From positions 522,162-586,161 of the forward strand of contig CAWDEF010000001.1 in assembly GCA_963801275.1 (NCBI GenBank): DNA of 64,000 bases, written 5' to 3'. Of the stretch, positions 48,032 to 57,722 are shown piece after piece (the stretch's first letter is position 1; the number at the start of each line of letters is the position of its first letter). Under the pieces are notes generated by a model. That model made no database searches, had not been told where the DNA came from, and worked only from the letters and a program-made list of their open reading frames with translations. The stretch comes from an uncultured Acidobacteriota bacterium. Lineage in GTDB: Bacteria > Acidobacteriota > Thermoanaerobaculia > UBA5066 > Gp7-AA6. The position numbers and the translations under genes are program-made.

Positions 48032-49873
48032 TCAGGTCGTCGGCGGGGTCGCGGGGGCGGCGCCGCCGCCTACCCGCTGCAGCATCACCCGGGTCAGAAC
48101 CTTCGAAACGCCCTGCATGTCGAAAATCGCCTCGTTCAATGCCTCGCGCGAGTCGCCCGCCGCAATCTCGCGGGAGCGCTTGAGCGTCTCCTCGATGCGC
48201 TCGCGCTCGTCCGCCGCCAGCGCCTCGCCGAACTCCGCAAGAACACGCTCGTTGGACGCGAGCATTCCCTCCAGGCGGTTGCGAACCTGAGCCAGCTCCC
48301 GGCGCTGGTGGTCCGCCTCGGCGAAGGCCGAGGCCTCCTTGATGATCCGATCGATTTCGCTCTGCGACAGACCGCCCGCCGGATTGATTTGAATCCCCTG
48401 CGCCTTGCCCGTCGCCAGGTCCCGAGCCGAGACGTTGACGATGCCGTTGGAGTCGATGGCGAAGGTGACCTCGATCTGAGGAATGCCGCGCGGCGCCGCC
48501 GGAATTCCCACGAGCTCAAACCGGCCGAGCGATTTGTTCTCCTTGGCTACTTCGCGCTCTCCCTGCAGCACGTGGATCTCGACGACCGACTGGTTGTCGG
48601 CGACTGTGGTGAAGACCTTGGTGTTCTTGGTCGGGATGGTGGAGTTTCGCTCGATGAGCTTCTCGAACACGCCGCCGTGCGTTTCGATACCGAGCGACAG
48701 CGGCGTGACGTCGAGCAGGACGACGTCCTTGATCTCCCCCTTGAGCACGCCGCCCTGGATGGCGGCGCCGATTGCGACGACTTCATCGGGATTGATTTCC
48801 CGGTTGGGCTCGCGGCCGAAGAGCTCCGCCACCATGCGCTGGACCTTCGGCGTGCGGGTCTGCCCACCCACCAGAATGACCTGGTCCACGTCCGACGGCT
48901 TCAGGCCGGCCGACTGCAGGGCATCGAGGCAGGGCGCCGCCGTTCGGTCGATCAGGTCGGCGACCAGCGCCTCGAACCGCTCGCGCGTCAGGGTCCGGTT
49001 GATGTGCTTCGGCCCCGACGCGTCGGCCGAGATGAACGGAAGGGTGATCGTCGTTTCGTTGGCCGTCGAGAGCTCGCACTTGGCCTTCTCGGCCGCTTCC
49101 TTCAGGCGCTGCAGCGCCATGCGGTCCTGGCGCAGGTCGATGCCGGTGGCTTTCTTGAAATCGTCGAGCAGCCAGTCCATGATCTTCTTGTCGAAGTCCT
49201 CGCCACCCAGATACGTGTCGCCGGCCGTCGCCTTGACCTCGTAGATGCCCTCTCCCAGCTGCAGGATCGAAATGTCGAAGGTGCCGCCCCCGAGGTCGTA
49301 GACCGCGACGATCTCGCTTCCCTTGCGCTCGAGCCCGTAGGCGAGCGATGCCGCCGTGGGCTCGTTGATGATTCGCAGGACCTCGAGGCCGGCAATGCGT
49401 CCCGCGTCGCGGGTGGCCTGCCGCTGCGCGTCGTCGAAGTACGCGGGCACCGTGATGATGGCTTCGGTGATCTCCTCGCCCAGAATCTCCTCGGAGAACT
49501 CCTTGATCTCCTTCAGGATGAACGCCGAGATCTCCTCGGGGCTGTATTCGCGACCTCTGGCACGGATCTTCACGTCCCCGTTGACGGCCCGCACGATCTC
49601 GTAGGGAAGCACCTCGCGGGCATGCTGCGTCTCCTCGGCGTCGAACTTGCGTCCCACCAGCCGCTTGACGGCGAAGACCGTGTTCATCGGGTTGGTGATA
49701 GCCTGGCGCTTGGCGATCTGTCCCACCAGACGCTCGCCGTCTTCGGTAAACCCGACGATGGAGGGCGTCGTCCGGCTCCCCTCGCGGTTCGTGAGAACCT
49801 GAGGGGTGACGCCCTCGACGACGGCCGCGCAGCAGTTCGTGGTTCCGAGATCGATTCCGAGGATCCTGCCCAA
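48032..49873 (-). CDS. dnaK: Chaperone DnaK (Hsp70)
   Basis: TTG start with SD AGGAGG; [42 protein letters not shown]. Confidence 0.97.
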   Translation of the reverse strand: MGRILGIDLGTTNCCAAVVEGVTPQVLTNREGSRTTPSIVGFTEDGERLVGQIAKRQAITNPMNTVFAVKRLVGRKFDAEETQHAREVLPYEIVRAVNGDVKIRARGREYSPEEISAFILKEIKEFSEEILGEEITEAIITVPAYFDDAQRQATRDAGRIAGLEVLRIINEPTAASLAYGLERKGSEIVAVYDLGGGTFDISILQLGEGIYEVKATAGDTYLGGEDFDKKIMDWLLDDFKKATGIDLRQDRMALQRLKEAAEKAKCELSTANETTITLPFISADASGPKHINRTLTRERFEALVADLIDRTAAPCLDALQSAGLKPSDVDQVILVGGQTRTPKVQRMVAELFGREPNREINPDEVVAIGAAIQGGVLKGEIKDVVLLDVTPLSLGIETHGGVFEKLIERNSTIPTKNTKVFTTVADNQSVVEIHVLQGEREVAKENKSLGRFELVGIPAAPRGIPQIEVTFAIDSNGIVNVSARDLATGKAQGIQINPAGGLSQSEIDRIIKEASAFAEADHQRRELAQVRNRLEGMLASNERVLAEFGEALAADERERIEETLKRSREIAAGDSREALNEAIFDMQGVSKVLTRVMLQRVGGGAAPATPPTT

Positions 49874-49969
49874 ACGCCCTCCTGACGGAAGACCAAACCC
49901 GGGACGGACTCTACTCCGGCCTTGTCGCTGCGAGCATTTTACTCCGGATGGCGCGGATCGCCCGCCCGC

Positions 49970-50590
49970 TCAGGAGCTCTCCGGGCTCCGTTCCGAGGCG
50001 CTCTCGCGATCCCGAACGGCCACCTTGACCGCCGCGGGTCGAACGAGCTTGTCCTGCAGCACGTACCCTCTCTGGAGAACCTCCAGGATCGTGTTGGCCG
50101 GGACCTCGTTGGTCGCCTCGGTCGCCACGGCCTCGTGCCGGTTCGGGTCGAAGGCGACGTTGGTGTCCACCTCCTCCAGACCGTGCCGCTTCCAGAGGTC
50201 CATCAGCTGGCGGCGGATCAGGCCGATGCCCTGGCCGAAATGGCTCTTGCGCTCCTCCGGCGAGGCGTGCGCCATCGCTCTCTCGAGGTTGTCGACAATG
50301 GGCAGAAAGTCGCGCGCCAGATCCATCAGGGCCATCCGGAAATGCTCGCGCTTCTCGCGTTCGCTCCTCTTGCGGATGTTCTCGACCTCGGCGAGCTTGC
50401 GCAGATGCCGATCCTTGAGCTCCGCGAGATCCCGCTCGACCGATCGCAGTTTGTCCTCGGCGGCCAGGATGGCCGACCGTTCTTCCTCGGCGAGGGCCTC
50501 CTCGAGGCTCTCCCCGGAATCCCGCACCTCCAAGGTGTCCTCGTCCTTGGGCGCCGTGCGGGAGCGCCGCGGGTCGTCGCGGTCGCTCAT
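49970..50590 (-). CDS. grpE: Nucleotide exchange factor GrpE
   Basis: AEVENIRKR, LPIVDNLERA, FDPNRHEA, QRGY..RPAAVKVA. Confidence 0.96.
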   Translation of the reverse strand: MSDRDDPRRSRTAPKDEDTLEVRDSGESLEEALAEEERSAILAAEDKLRSVERDLAELKDRHLRKLAEVENIRKRSEREKREHFRMALMDLARDFLPIVDNLERAMAHASPEERKSHFGQGIGLIRRQLMDLWKRHGLEEVDTNVAFDPNRHEAVATEATNEVPANTILEVLQRGYVLQDKLVRPAAVKVAVRDRESASERSPESS

Positions 50591-51654
50591 TCCTCGTCCT
50601 CGGCAGCCGGGATTCCGTCGCGTCCTTCCAGGCGCACCGAAAGCGCGCGCCCGAGCAGCTCCACGACGGGGATCACGCGAGGATACTCCCTCCGGGCGGG
50701 GCCGATGACTCCGAGCATTCCCGTCAGTGTCTCTCCCGATCCGTACGACGTCAAGACCGCGGAGAGCCGCGGGTCTCCCGTGACCGCCTCCTCCGAGCCG
50801 AGGACGACGAAGGTTTCTCGGGCGTCCAGGAACCGCGCGACCAGGGAGAGCAGGCGGGTCTTCTCGTCGAAGGTCCGCAACACCTTCCGGAGGGCCTCGA
50901 CGTCGGCAAACTCGGGCTTGTCGAGGAGGCGGGAGGTGCCGTCCACGTAAATGCGCTCCTCGGGCTCCTGGCGCTCGAGCGCCCGGCGGCCCAGAGAACG
51001 CGCCCTCTGGAAGATCCGGTCGACGGCCGCTCGCTCCTCGGTCAACTCCTCCAGAAGCTTTCGCCGCACCTCGTGGAGGGTGAGGCCGCCGTACTCGCGC
51101 GTGAGACGGTCACTTGCCGCCTCGAGCTCGGCCGGCGAGTACTCGACGTCCGTCTCCAGCACGCGGGACAGGACCGAGTCGGGCTCGTTCACCTGGACGG
51201 CGAGGATCTTGCCGGGAGCCACCGAGAGAAACCGCAGGCTCTTCAGGACGGTGTGGAGCGCATCCGGAGCGACCACGAAGCCGACCTCGCCGGCCAGCTG
51301 CGCCAGTAGCCGTGAGGTGGCTTCGAAGAGCCGCGTGATGTCACCGCCGGCGGAGGCCAGATCCGAGTCCACCTGTTCCCGCAGGTCGGCGTTCACCTTG
51401 CGGTGCCGCATCAGCTCGTCGATGTAGAGCCGGTAGGCCTGATCGGTCGGGATCCGACCGGCGGAAGTGTGCGGCTGCTGGAGGAACCCTCCGTCCGTCA
51501 GATCCGCCATGATGTTGCGGATCGACGCCGGCGACAGCGCGAATCGGCTCGATTTGAAGAGCGTGCGGGAAGACACGGGCAGCCCCGTGTCCACGTGGAC
51601 GCGGATGATCTCGCGCAGGATCGCCCGGCTGCGGCTGTCGAGGGCCTTGTTCAT
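50587..51654 (-). CDS. hrcA: Heat-inducible transcription repressor
   Basis: PVSS, SPASIRNIMADL, QPHTSAGRIPTDQAYR, GVIGP.R.Y. Confidence 0.96.
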   Translation of the reverse strand: MNKALDSRSRAILREIIRVHVDTGLPVSSRTLFKSSRFALSPASIRNIMADLTDGGFLQQPHTSAGRIPTDQAYRLYIDELMRHRKVNADLREQVDSDLASAGGDITRLFEATSRLLAQLAGEVGFVVAPDALHTVLKSLRFLSVAPGKILAVQVNEPDSVLSRVLETDVEYSPAELEAASDRLTREYGGLTLHEVRRKLLEELTEERAAVDRIFQRARSLGRRALERQEPEERIYVDGTSRLLDKPEFADVEALRKVLRTFDEKTRLLSLVARFLDARETFVVLGSEEAVTGDPRLSAVLTSYGSGETLTGMLGVIGPARREYPRVIPVVELLGRALSVRLEGRDGIPAAEDEE

Positions 51655-51669
51655 CACGGCATCCGTCGG

Positions 51670-51696
51670 CTGGCACTCGGAAATCGGGAGTGCCAG
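51670..51696. promoter_or_regulatory. CIRCE operator (HrcA binding site)
   Basis: CTGGCACTC-N9-GAGTGCCAG perfect inverted repeat directly upstream of hrcA (canonical TTAGCACTC-N9-GAGTGCTAA). Confidence 0.92.
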
Positions 51697-51701
51697 CAGT
51701 C

Positions 51702-51730
51702 ACGGTAGCCGCTTACCAGAAGCGAGTCAA
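51702..51730 (-). promoter_or_regulatory. Sigma70-type promoter of the hrcA operon
   Basis: Minus strand TTGACT-N17-TACCGT immediately upstream of CIRCE. Confidence 0.65.
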
Positions 51731-51786
51731 CCGCCACGGGGATAAAGGCAACGGACGGCGGCAGTTGCCGGCGGTAGACTCCGCGG

Positions 51787-52677
51787 GTGGACGCCTCGAC
51801 ACTCCCTTCCCTGACCCTCGTCGGCCCGGGCCGGGCGGGCATGGCGCTGGCCCGGGCCTTCCGGCGGGCGGGAGGGATCCTCCAGGGTGTGATCGCGCGA
51901 ACTCAGGCTTCGGCGGACCGCGCCGCGCGGCAGCTCGCGGCCGACGGCCGAACGCTCGAATCCGTCTGGCCCGTTTGCGACCTGCTGATTTTGGCGGTTC
52001 CCGACGATCGCATCGCCGCGGTCGCACGGCGGCTCGCGCGGCGCACGAGATGCCGGTTTGTCTTTCATCTCTCCGGCGCACTCGCGGCCGCGATTCTGTC
52101 TCCTCTTTCGAAGGCCGGCGCCGCAGCCGCTTCGCTCCATCCCCTCCGCGCCTTTTCCGGAGGCGAGGAGGACGACTGGGAAGGAACCCTCGTGGCGATC
52201 GAAGGCGACCCCGCCGCAGTCGAGCTCGGAGAGCGCCTGATCGCGCGCCTCGGGGCAACGGCCTATCGGATCCCCTCTGAGGCGAAGCCTCTCTATCACG
52301 CGGCGGCGACCCTGGCGGCCGGGGGGACGATGGCGCTGCTTGCGGTCGCAGTCCGGGCGGCCTGCGCGGCGGGGGTACCGGAGAGCCGGGCGCGCCCCGC
52401 GCTGGCGCGGCTGGCGGCCGAGGCCGCGACCGCCACGGCGACGCGGCCGTTCGCGGAGGCTTTCACGGGACCGATCGCGCGCCGCGACGCGGAAACGGTG
52501 CGCTCGCACCGGATCGCGGCCGCCCGCGATCCCGGTTTCTTCGATCTCTATCGCCGGCTCGCGGAGGAAATCCTCGCCTCCACTCCCGGCCGTGGCCGCG
52601 AGAGGGTGATTCGAGCGATCCTGGAAGACGGGGGCAAGAAGACGCCGCGCCAGAGTCCGAGAGCGCGCCGGCGATGA
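51787..52677 (+). CDS. Rossmann-fold DUF2520 oxidoreductase (PanG-like)
   Basis: VGPGRAG, LAVPDD, HLSGA, LHP, LYHAAA, TGPIARRD..V..H. Confidence 0.85.
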   Translation: MDASTLPSLTLVGPGRAGMALARAFRRAGGILQGVIARTQASADRAARQLAADGRTLESVWPVCDLLILAVPDDRIAAVARRLARRTRCRFVFHLSGALAAAILSPLSKAGAAAASLHPLRAFSGGEEDDWEGTLVAIEGDPAAVELGERLIARLGATAYRIPSEAKPLYHAAATLAAGGTMALLAVAVRAACAAGVPESRARPALARLAAEAATATATRPFAEAFTGPIARRDAETVRSHRIAAARDPGFFDLYRRLAEEILASTPGRGRERVIRAILEDGGKKTPRQSPRARRR

Positions 52678-52762
52678 ACGCGCCTGCGGCTGCGAACGCC
52701 GCGTGGCCGAGTGCTACAATTTTCGCGGAGTTCTTGCGGCCCGTGGGCGCATAATCACTTCT

Positions 52763-54097
52763 ATGGTGTTCTTCAACTACGCCACCATGCAGATGGCGGC
52801 CAAGATCGTCTATTACGGTCCTGGTCTCTGCGGGAAGACCACCAATCTCCACCATATCTACGGGCGAACCGCACCCGGGTCCCGCGGGGAAATGGTATCG
52901 CTCGAGACGGAGACCGATCGGACTCTCTTTTTCGACCTCCTGCCTCTGGACGTCGGGGTCATTGGCGGATTCAAGACCCGGGTCCAGCTCTACACGGTGC
53001 CGGGCCAGGTCTTCTACAACACGACCCGCAAGCTGGTCCTCAAAGGGGTCGACGGCATCGTCTTCGTCGCGGACTCTCAGCGCGCGATGAAGGAGGCCAA
53101 CATCGAAAGCCTCCAGAACCTCCGCTCGAATCTGGCGGAGATCGGCGTGAAGCTCGAGGAGCTTCCGCTCGTGCTCCAGTACAACAAGCGCGACCTCGCC
53201 AACATCCTCGCCCTCGAGGAGCTCGAGGAGACGTTGAATGCTGCCCGGGCGTACGAGAGCTACGAGGCCTGCGCCGTGCTCGGACAGGGCGTCTTTGAAA
53301 CCCTCAAGGCGATCTCCCGCCTCACCCTGCGGTCGCTCAAGAAGCGCATGCTCGGCGAGGACCGCGCTCCCCGCTCGACGATGGTCGCCACGGTCGCGGA
53401 GAAATCTCCGCCGCTTTCCGCCACCGCCGAGCCGTCGGCACCGGCGATGTCCGAGATTCTCGAAGAGCTGCGAGCGGCTCCCGAACGCGCCGCGAGCCCG
53501 CCGGTGGAGGAGATGCTCGCCTACGAACCCGAATCGGAAGTTCCGATCCCTTCCGACGCGCCACGGCAGACGCAGGAATTCAACGCGGCCTCCGTCGAGA
53601 CCGTGCAGGAGTTCGAGGACGCACTCAACTCGCTCGACTCGCCGCTTCCCGAAACGGAGCGCGTCGCGGGAGAGCCCGAGATCGCCGACGTCTCCTTTGC
53701 GCAGGCCCAGGAACCCGAGGCCGTGTCGGTCGAGGACGTCAAGCATGTGCGGGTCCGCTCGAACATCGACATCCTGGCGGAGCTCGACAAGCTGCGTAAG
53801 GACGCGACCGCGACTCCGGTCTCGGATCGTCCCGCCAAACGGGCCGCGCCGGGCATCTCCATCGACGACCTCCTGGCCTCGAGCCTGAACCATCGCCGGG
53901 AGATCAACCGGATCTTCGAGCTGCAAGTGCCCCGACAGGAGCTGGCGGGCGGCCACCAGGTCACCATCGGGCTTCGCATCGAGGACAGCGACCGAAATCC
54001 CGTGGGCGAAGAGAAGACGTTTGCCATCGAGTTGCACACGCGGCCCGATCTGGAAAAGCTCCTGCTCTCGCTCAAGTTCCACATTTTCGCCAAGTAG
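52763..54097 (+). CDS. mglA: MglA-family small GTPase with about 250-aa C-terminal extension
   Basis: KIVYYGPGLCGKTTNL, ETDRTLFFD, LYTVPGQVFY, LKGVDG.VFVADSQ, QYNKRDL, GVFETLK. Confidence 0.9.
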   Translation: MVFFNYATMQMAAKIVYYGPGLCGKTTNLHHIYGRTAPGSRGEMVSLETETDRTLFFDLLPLDVGVIGGFKTRVQLYTVPGQVFYNTTRKLVLKGVDGIVFVADSQRAMKEANIESLQNLRSNLAEIGVKLEELPLVLQYNKRDLANILALEELEETLNAARAYESYEACAVLGQGVFETLKAISRLTLRSLKKRMLGEDRAPRSTMVATVAEKSPPLSATAEPSAPAMSEILEELRAAPERAASPPVEEMLAYEPESEVPIPSDAPRQTQEFNAASVETVQEFEDALNSLDSPLPETERVAGEPEIADVSFAQAQEPEAVSVEDVKHVRVRSNIDILAELDKLRKDATATPVSDRPAKRAAPGISIDDLLASSLNHRREINRIFELQVPRQELAGGHQVTIGLRIEDSDRNPVGEEKTFAIELHTRPDLEKLLLSLKFHIFAK

Positions 54098-54155
54098 GCG
54101 ACGCCATCCACCTCTCCTGTCCTCGGCAAGGGACAGCCCGCCATCGAAAAAGCCT

Positions 54156-54184
54156 TTGCATCGTCGGAACCCGGGCGGTACCCT
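54156..54184 (+). promoter_or_regulatory. Sigma70-type promoter, possibly leaderless, for mltD
   Basis: TTGCAT-N17-TACCCT ending 8 nt before ATG 54193; no SD. Confidence 0.5.
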
Positions 54185-54192
54185 TTTTCTCA

Positions 54193-55818
54193 ATGACCGA
54201 ACGGGGACTCCGTGTTCGGAGGAGAGATTGTTTCTTTTTTGCGCTATCTCTCCTCTTGAGTGGCTGCGCCTCTGCTCCGGCTCCGCCGAAAGCGGTGGTG
54301 CCGCCGACGGCCGAGCAACGTGCGATCCAGAAGGCCGGCGACCAGTTCGCCGCCGGGCGCGAGGCGGCGCTTTCGGGAGATTTTGCCTGCGCGCATGAAC
54401 GCTTCGACGAGGCGATCGAGACTCTGCGACCCGCCGCGTCGAAGGCGCCCGAGTCGCGTGACCTGCTGGCCTTTTCTCTCGAGGTCTACGAAGGCATCCT
54501 GAGGTATGAGGCCCTGGCTGCTCCGCCCGAAGACGCCGCCGGGCCAGAGGACACGATTGCCCCGGAGCTGACGCCGATCGAGGCGCCCGCTGCCAGCCCC
54601 GAAGCCATCTCGACCGCACGGGAGGCCGTGGCCTCCGACACCTCGGGCATCACCTACGACATTCCGATCGTCGTCAACGACGCGGTGCTGCGGGTCCTCG
54701 CGACGTTCCAGGGTCAGCTGCAGGAGATCATCGCCCGCGGCCTCGCCCGGTCGGGACGCTACGTTCCCATGATCCACCAGATCTTCCGGGAAGAGGGGAT
54801 CCCCACCGACCTCGCGCAGGTCGCGCTCATCGAATCCTCCTTTCTCCCGCGTGCGCGCTCCCCCAAGGCCGCGCATGGGATCTGGCAGTTCATGCCGCGC
54901 ACCGGCCGTCAGTACGGCCTGACGACCAACGCCACGGTCGACGAACGCAGCGACCCCGTGAAAGCGACCCGGGCGGCGGCGAAGCACCTTGCCTACCTCC
55001 ACGAGCTCTTCCATGACTGGTACCTGGCGCTGGCGGCCTACAACGCGGGAGAGGGAAAAATTCTGCGGGCCCAGGAGCGCACCGGGTTGAACGACTTCTG
55101 GCAGCTGGCCGCCTCAGGAATGCTCCGCGCCCAGACGCAGAACTACGTGCCGGCGGTCATTGCCGCGACACTCATCGCGAAGAACCCGACGCACTACGGG
55201 TTCGACATCGAGTACGAAGCTCCCCTCGAGTACGAGACGGTCACGCTCAACCGGCCGGTTCGTCTGAGCGACCTCGCCTCCGCGCAAGGCATCGCCCTCG
55301 AAGACCTCCAGAGCCTCAACCCGGAGCTGAAGACGGGCGTCACGCCGCGGCAGCCCGAGGGCTACGATCTCAAGGTGCCGCCAGGATCCCGGGACGTCGT
55401 CCTCGTGGCATTCGCCGCGGCTCCGACCGCACGGCTTTCCTCCCCGCGGCGCTACAAGGTGCGGCGCGGGGACAGTCTCGCCGCCGTCGCGCGGCGTCAC
55501 GGCGTTTCGGTCGCCAGGCTGGCGGAGGCCAATGCCCTCTCCCCTTCCGCGAAGATCGCCCGAGGGGAGGTCCTCGTGATCCCGCAACGGGAGCGGGTCA
55601 AGAAGGCCTCGAAGAAGACCTCGACGAAGGTTGCATCGAAGAACCGGACGGCGACGACCTCCCGCAGCTACCGCGTCAAGGGAGGGGACACCCTGTCCCG
55701 GATCGCGCGGCGGACGGGCACAACCGTCGACTCGTTGATGGCCGCCAACAGTCTGGAGTCCCCCGATCAGATTCGGCCGGGAGACAGGCTGACGATCCCC
55801 GTCGCAGCACCCCGCTAG
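54193..55818 (+). CDS. mltD: MltD-like lytic transglycosylase lipoprotein with LysM domains
   Basis: Lipobox LLSGC; IESSF, GIWQFMP.TG, DERSDP, ALAAYNAGEG, TQNYVP; two clear C-terminal LysM repeats. Confidence 0.92.
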   Translation: MTERGLRVRRRDCFFFALSLLLSGCASAPAPPKAVVPPTAEQRAIQKAGDQFAAGREAALSGDFACAHERFDEAIETLRPAASKAPESRDLLAFSLEVYEGILRYEALAAPPEDAAGPEDTIAPELTPIEAPAASPEAISTAREAVASDTSGITYDIPIVVNDAVLRVLATFQGQLQEIIARGLARSGRYVPMIHQIFREEGIPTDLAQVALIESSFLPRARSPKAAHGIWQFMPRTGRQYGLTTNATVDERSDPVKATRAAAKHLAYLHELFHDWYLALAAYNAGEGKILRAQERTGLNDFWQLAASGMLRAQTQNYVPAVIAATLIAKNPTHYGFDIEYEAPLEYETVTLNRPVRLSDLASAQGIALEDLQSLNPELKTGVTPRQPEGYDLKVPPGSRDVVLVAFAAAPTARLSSPRRYKVRRGDSLAAVARRHGVSVARLAEANALSPSAKIARGEVLVIPQRERVKKASKKTSTKVASKNRTATTSRSYRVKGGDTLSRIARRTGTTVDSLMAANSLESPDQIRPGDRLTIPVAAPR

Positions 55819-56060
55819 GTCTCGTTTCTCAACACGTTGTTCACAGCCAGGGCGGGTCATGCGGACCCCCTCTCCCGGCGGGAGAGGTTTTGGGGTGAGG
55901 GGCGCTCCTGCCGCGCCTGCCGCCGTCCGGGATGATCGGGGCGGGCTGCCTCCCTCACCCTGACCCTCTCCCCCCAACCGGGGGAGAGGGGAATTCTGGA
56001 GCCTGGGGACTCTTCAGAGGGGGCGGTAGGGTGAACAACGTCTTGAGAATTGACAGCTAG
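55815..56060. mobile_element. MITE-like non-autonomous element with terminal inverted repeats and an internal REP-like pair
   Basis: Left CTAGgtctcgtTTCTCAAcACGTTGTTCAC versus reverse complement of right end CTAGctgtcaaTTCTCAAgACGTTGTTCAC; internal inverted CCCTCACCC..CCTCTCCC..GGGAGAGG units at 55866-55902 and 55952-55991. Confidence 0.75.
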
Positions 56061-56165
56061 GGCGGCCGGCGAGCCGGGCCTGGCCTCGGCGCCGATTCCC
56101 TGCTAGGCTCGTGTCGTCCTCATCCCTCCCCCCCGGACGTTTCTCCTCGCACCCGAGGAGGCTTC

Positions 56166-57719
56166 ATGCTCGCCCGTGTCCACTCCGCGGCCCTGCTCGG
56201 CATCGATGCCCGTGTGCTCGAGGTGGAGGTCGATGTCGGCAGCGGCCTTCCCGCCTTCCGAATCGTCGGCCTGCCCGACGCGAGCGTGCGCGAAGCCCGC
56301 GAGCGCGTTCGATCCGCGGTGCGGAACAGCGGGTTCCCCTTTCCGCTCGGCGCCATAACGGTCAACCTTGCACCCGCCGATTGGCGCAAGGTCGGCGCGG
56401 CCCTGGACCTTCCCTTGGCGATCGCACTGCTCCAGATCGGGGGACTGAACTTGCAGCCCGAGCGCCGCCGGGTCTTCGTCGGCGAACTCGGCCTCTCCGG
56501 CGAGCTTCGCCCGGTGCGGGGTGCACTCTGCCTCGCCCTGGCGGCCCGTGAGGCCGGATTCCAACAGATCGTGCTGCCTGCGGCCAACGCTCCGGAAGCG
56601 GCATGCGTGGGCGGCCTCGAGGTCATGCCCGTGCGTTCGGTCGCCGAAGCGGCCGGCCTCCTTTCCGGTCGGCAGCCCGTGCCCAGCCCGCCCGAGCTCC
56701 CCGCGCTCGCCGAACGGGCCTCCGGAGGCGCCGACTTCGCCGAGGTGCGCGGACAGGCGGTGGCGCGCCGCGCCCTCGAGATCGCGGCGGCCGGCGGCCA
56801 CCACGCGCTTCTGGTGGGCCCGCCCGGCTCCGGCAAGACGATGATCGCGCGACGGATTCCCTCGATTCTTCCCCTCCTGACGCGGCCCGAGGCGACGGAG
56901 GTGACCCGAATTCACTCGGTGGCGGGCAGCCTTCCGGCCGGCGCCGGACTGCTGCGGACGCCTCCGTTTCGTGCGCCGCACCACGGCGTTTCTGCCGCGG
57001 GCCTGGTCGGGGGCGGCAGCCGCCCCGCCCCCGGGGAAATCTCGCTGGCGCACCGCGGCGTGCTCTTTCTCGACGAGCTGCCTGAATTCCGTCGCGATGT
57101 GCTCGAAGCCATCCGCCAGCCGCTCGAAGAGCGGCGGATCGTCGTCGTACGGGCAGGAGGAGCGTGCGTGTTTCCCTGCGACTTCCTGCTCGTGGCGGCG
57201 ATGAATCCCTGCCCCTGCGGCCACGCGGGCGGTCCCGATTCCCGCTGCTCCTGCGAAGAGGGTGCGCGCAGACGCTACGCGCGCAAAGTATCCGGCCCCT
57301 TGCTCGACCGGATCGATCTGCACGTTCCTGTTCCGGCGGTGCCCTGGGGGGATCTTTCCCGGGGGGCGGCCTCCGAGTCTTCGGCCGTCATCCGCGAGCG
57401 GGTTGCCGCCGCCCGCGACCGCGCTCAAGCACGCTGCCCGGACATCCCCGGCTTCCGCAACGCAGACCTGCCGGCGGGGGGTCTCGAGGACGCAGCGGCG
57501 CTCGACTCCGCCGGGCGCCGCCTGCTCGAGGCGGCAGTTCGCCGTTTCTCCCTCTCCGTACGGGGGCTGCATCGGGCCCTTCGCGTGGCTCGGACGATCG
57601 CCGATCTCGGGCGCAGTGAACCCGTCCGCGCAGAGCACCTCTCCGAAGCACTCGGCTATCGGATGCCCGCATCGCCTGACCCTTTGGGCAGGCTTGACAG
57701 GGTCCCGGGCGGTCCATAG
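56166..57719 (+). CDS. comM: ComM/YifB Mg-chelatase-like AAA+ ATPase
   Basis: IVGLPD..VRE.RERV, TVNLAPAD, GPPGSGKTM, PFRAPHH, LFLDELPEF, AAMNPCPCG, SGPLLDRID. Confidence 0.95.
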   Translation: MLARVHSAALLGIDARVLEVEVDVGSGLPAFRIVGLPDASVREARERVRSAVRNSGFPFPLGAITVNLAPADWRKVGAALDLPLAIALLQIGGLNLQPERRRVFVGELGLSGELRPVRGALCLALAAREAGFQQIVLPAANAPEAACVGGLEVMPVRSVAEAAGLLSGRQPVPSPPELPALAERASGGADFAEVRGQAVARRALEIAAAGGHHALLVGPPGSGKTMIARRIPSILPLLTRPEATEVTRIHSVAGSLPAGAGLLRTPPFRAPHHGVSAAGLVGGGSRPAPGEISLAHRGVLFLDELPEFRRDVLEAIRQPLEERRIVVVRAGGACVFPCDFLLVAAMNPCPCGHAGGPDSRCSCEEGARRRYARKVSGPLLDRIDLHVPVPAVPWGDLSRGAASESSAVIRERVAAARDRAQARCPDIPGFRNADLPAGGLEDAAALDSAGRRLLEAAVRRFSLSVRGLHRALRVARTIADLGRSEPVRAEHLSEALGYRMPASPDPLGRLDRVPGGP

Positions 57720-57722
57720 GAT
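57694..57722 (+). promoter_or_regulatory. Sigma70-type promoter upstream of the M23 gene
   Basis: TTGACA-N17-TAGGAT overlapping the end of comM. Confidence 0.7.
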
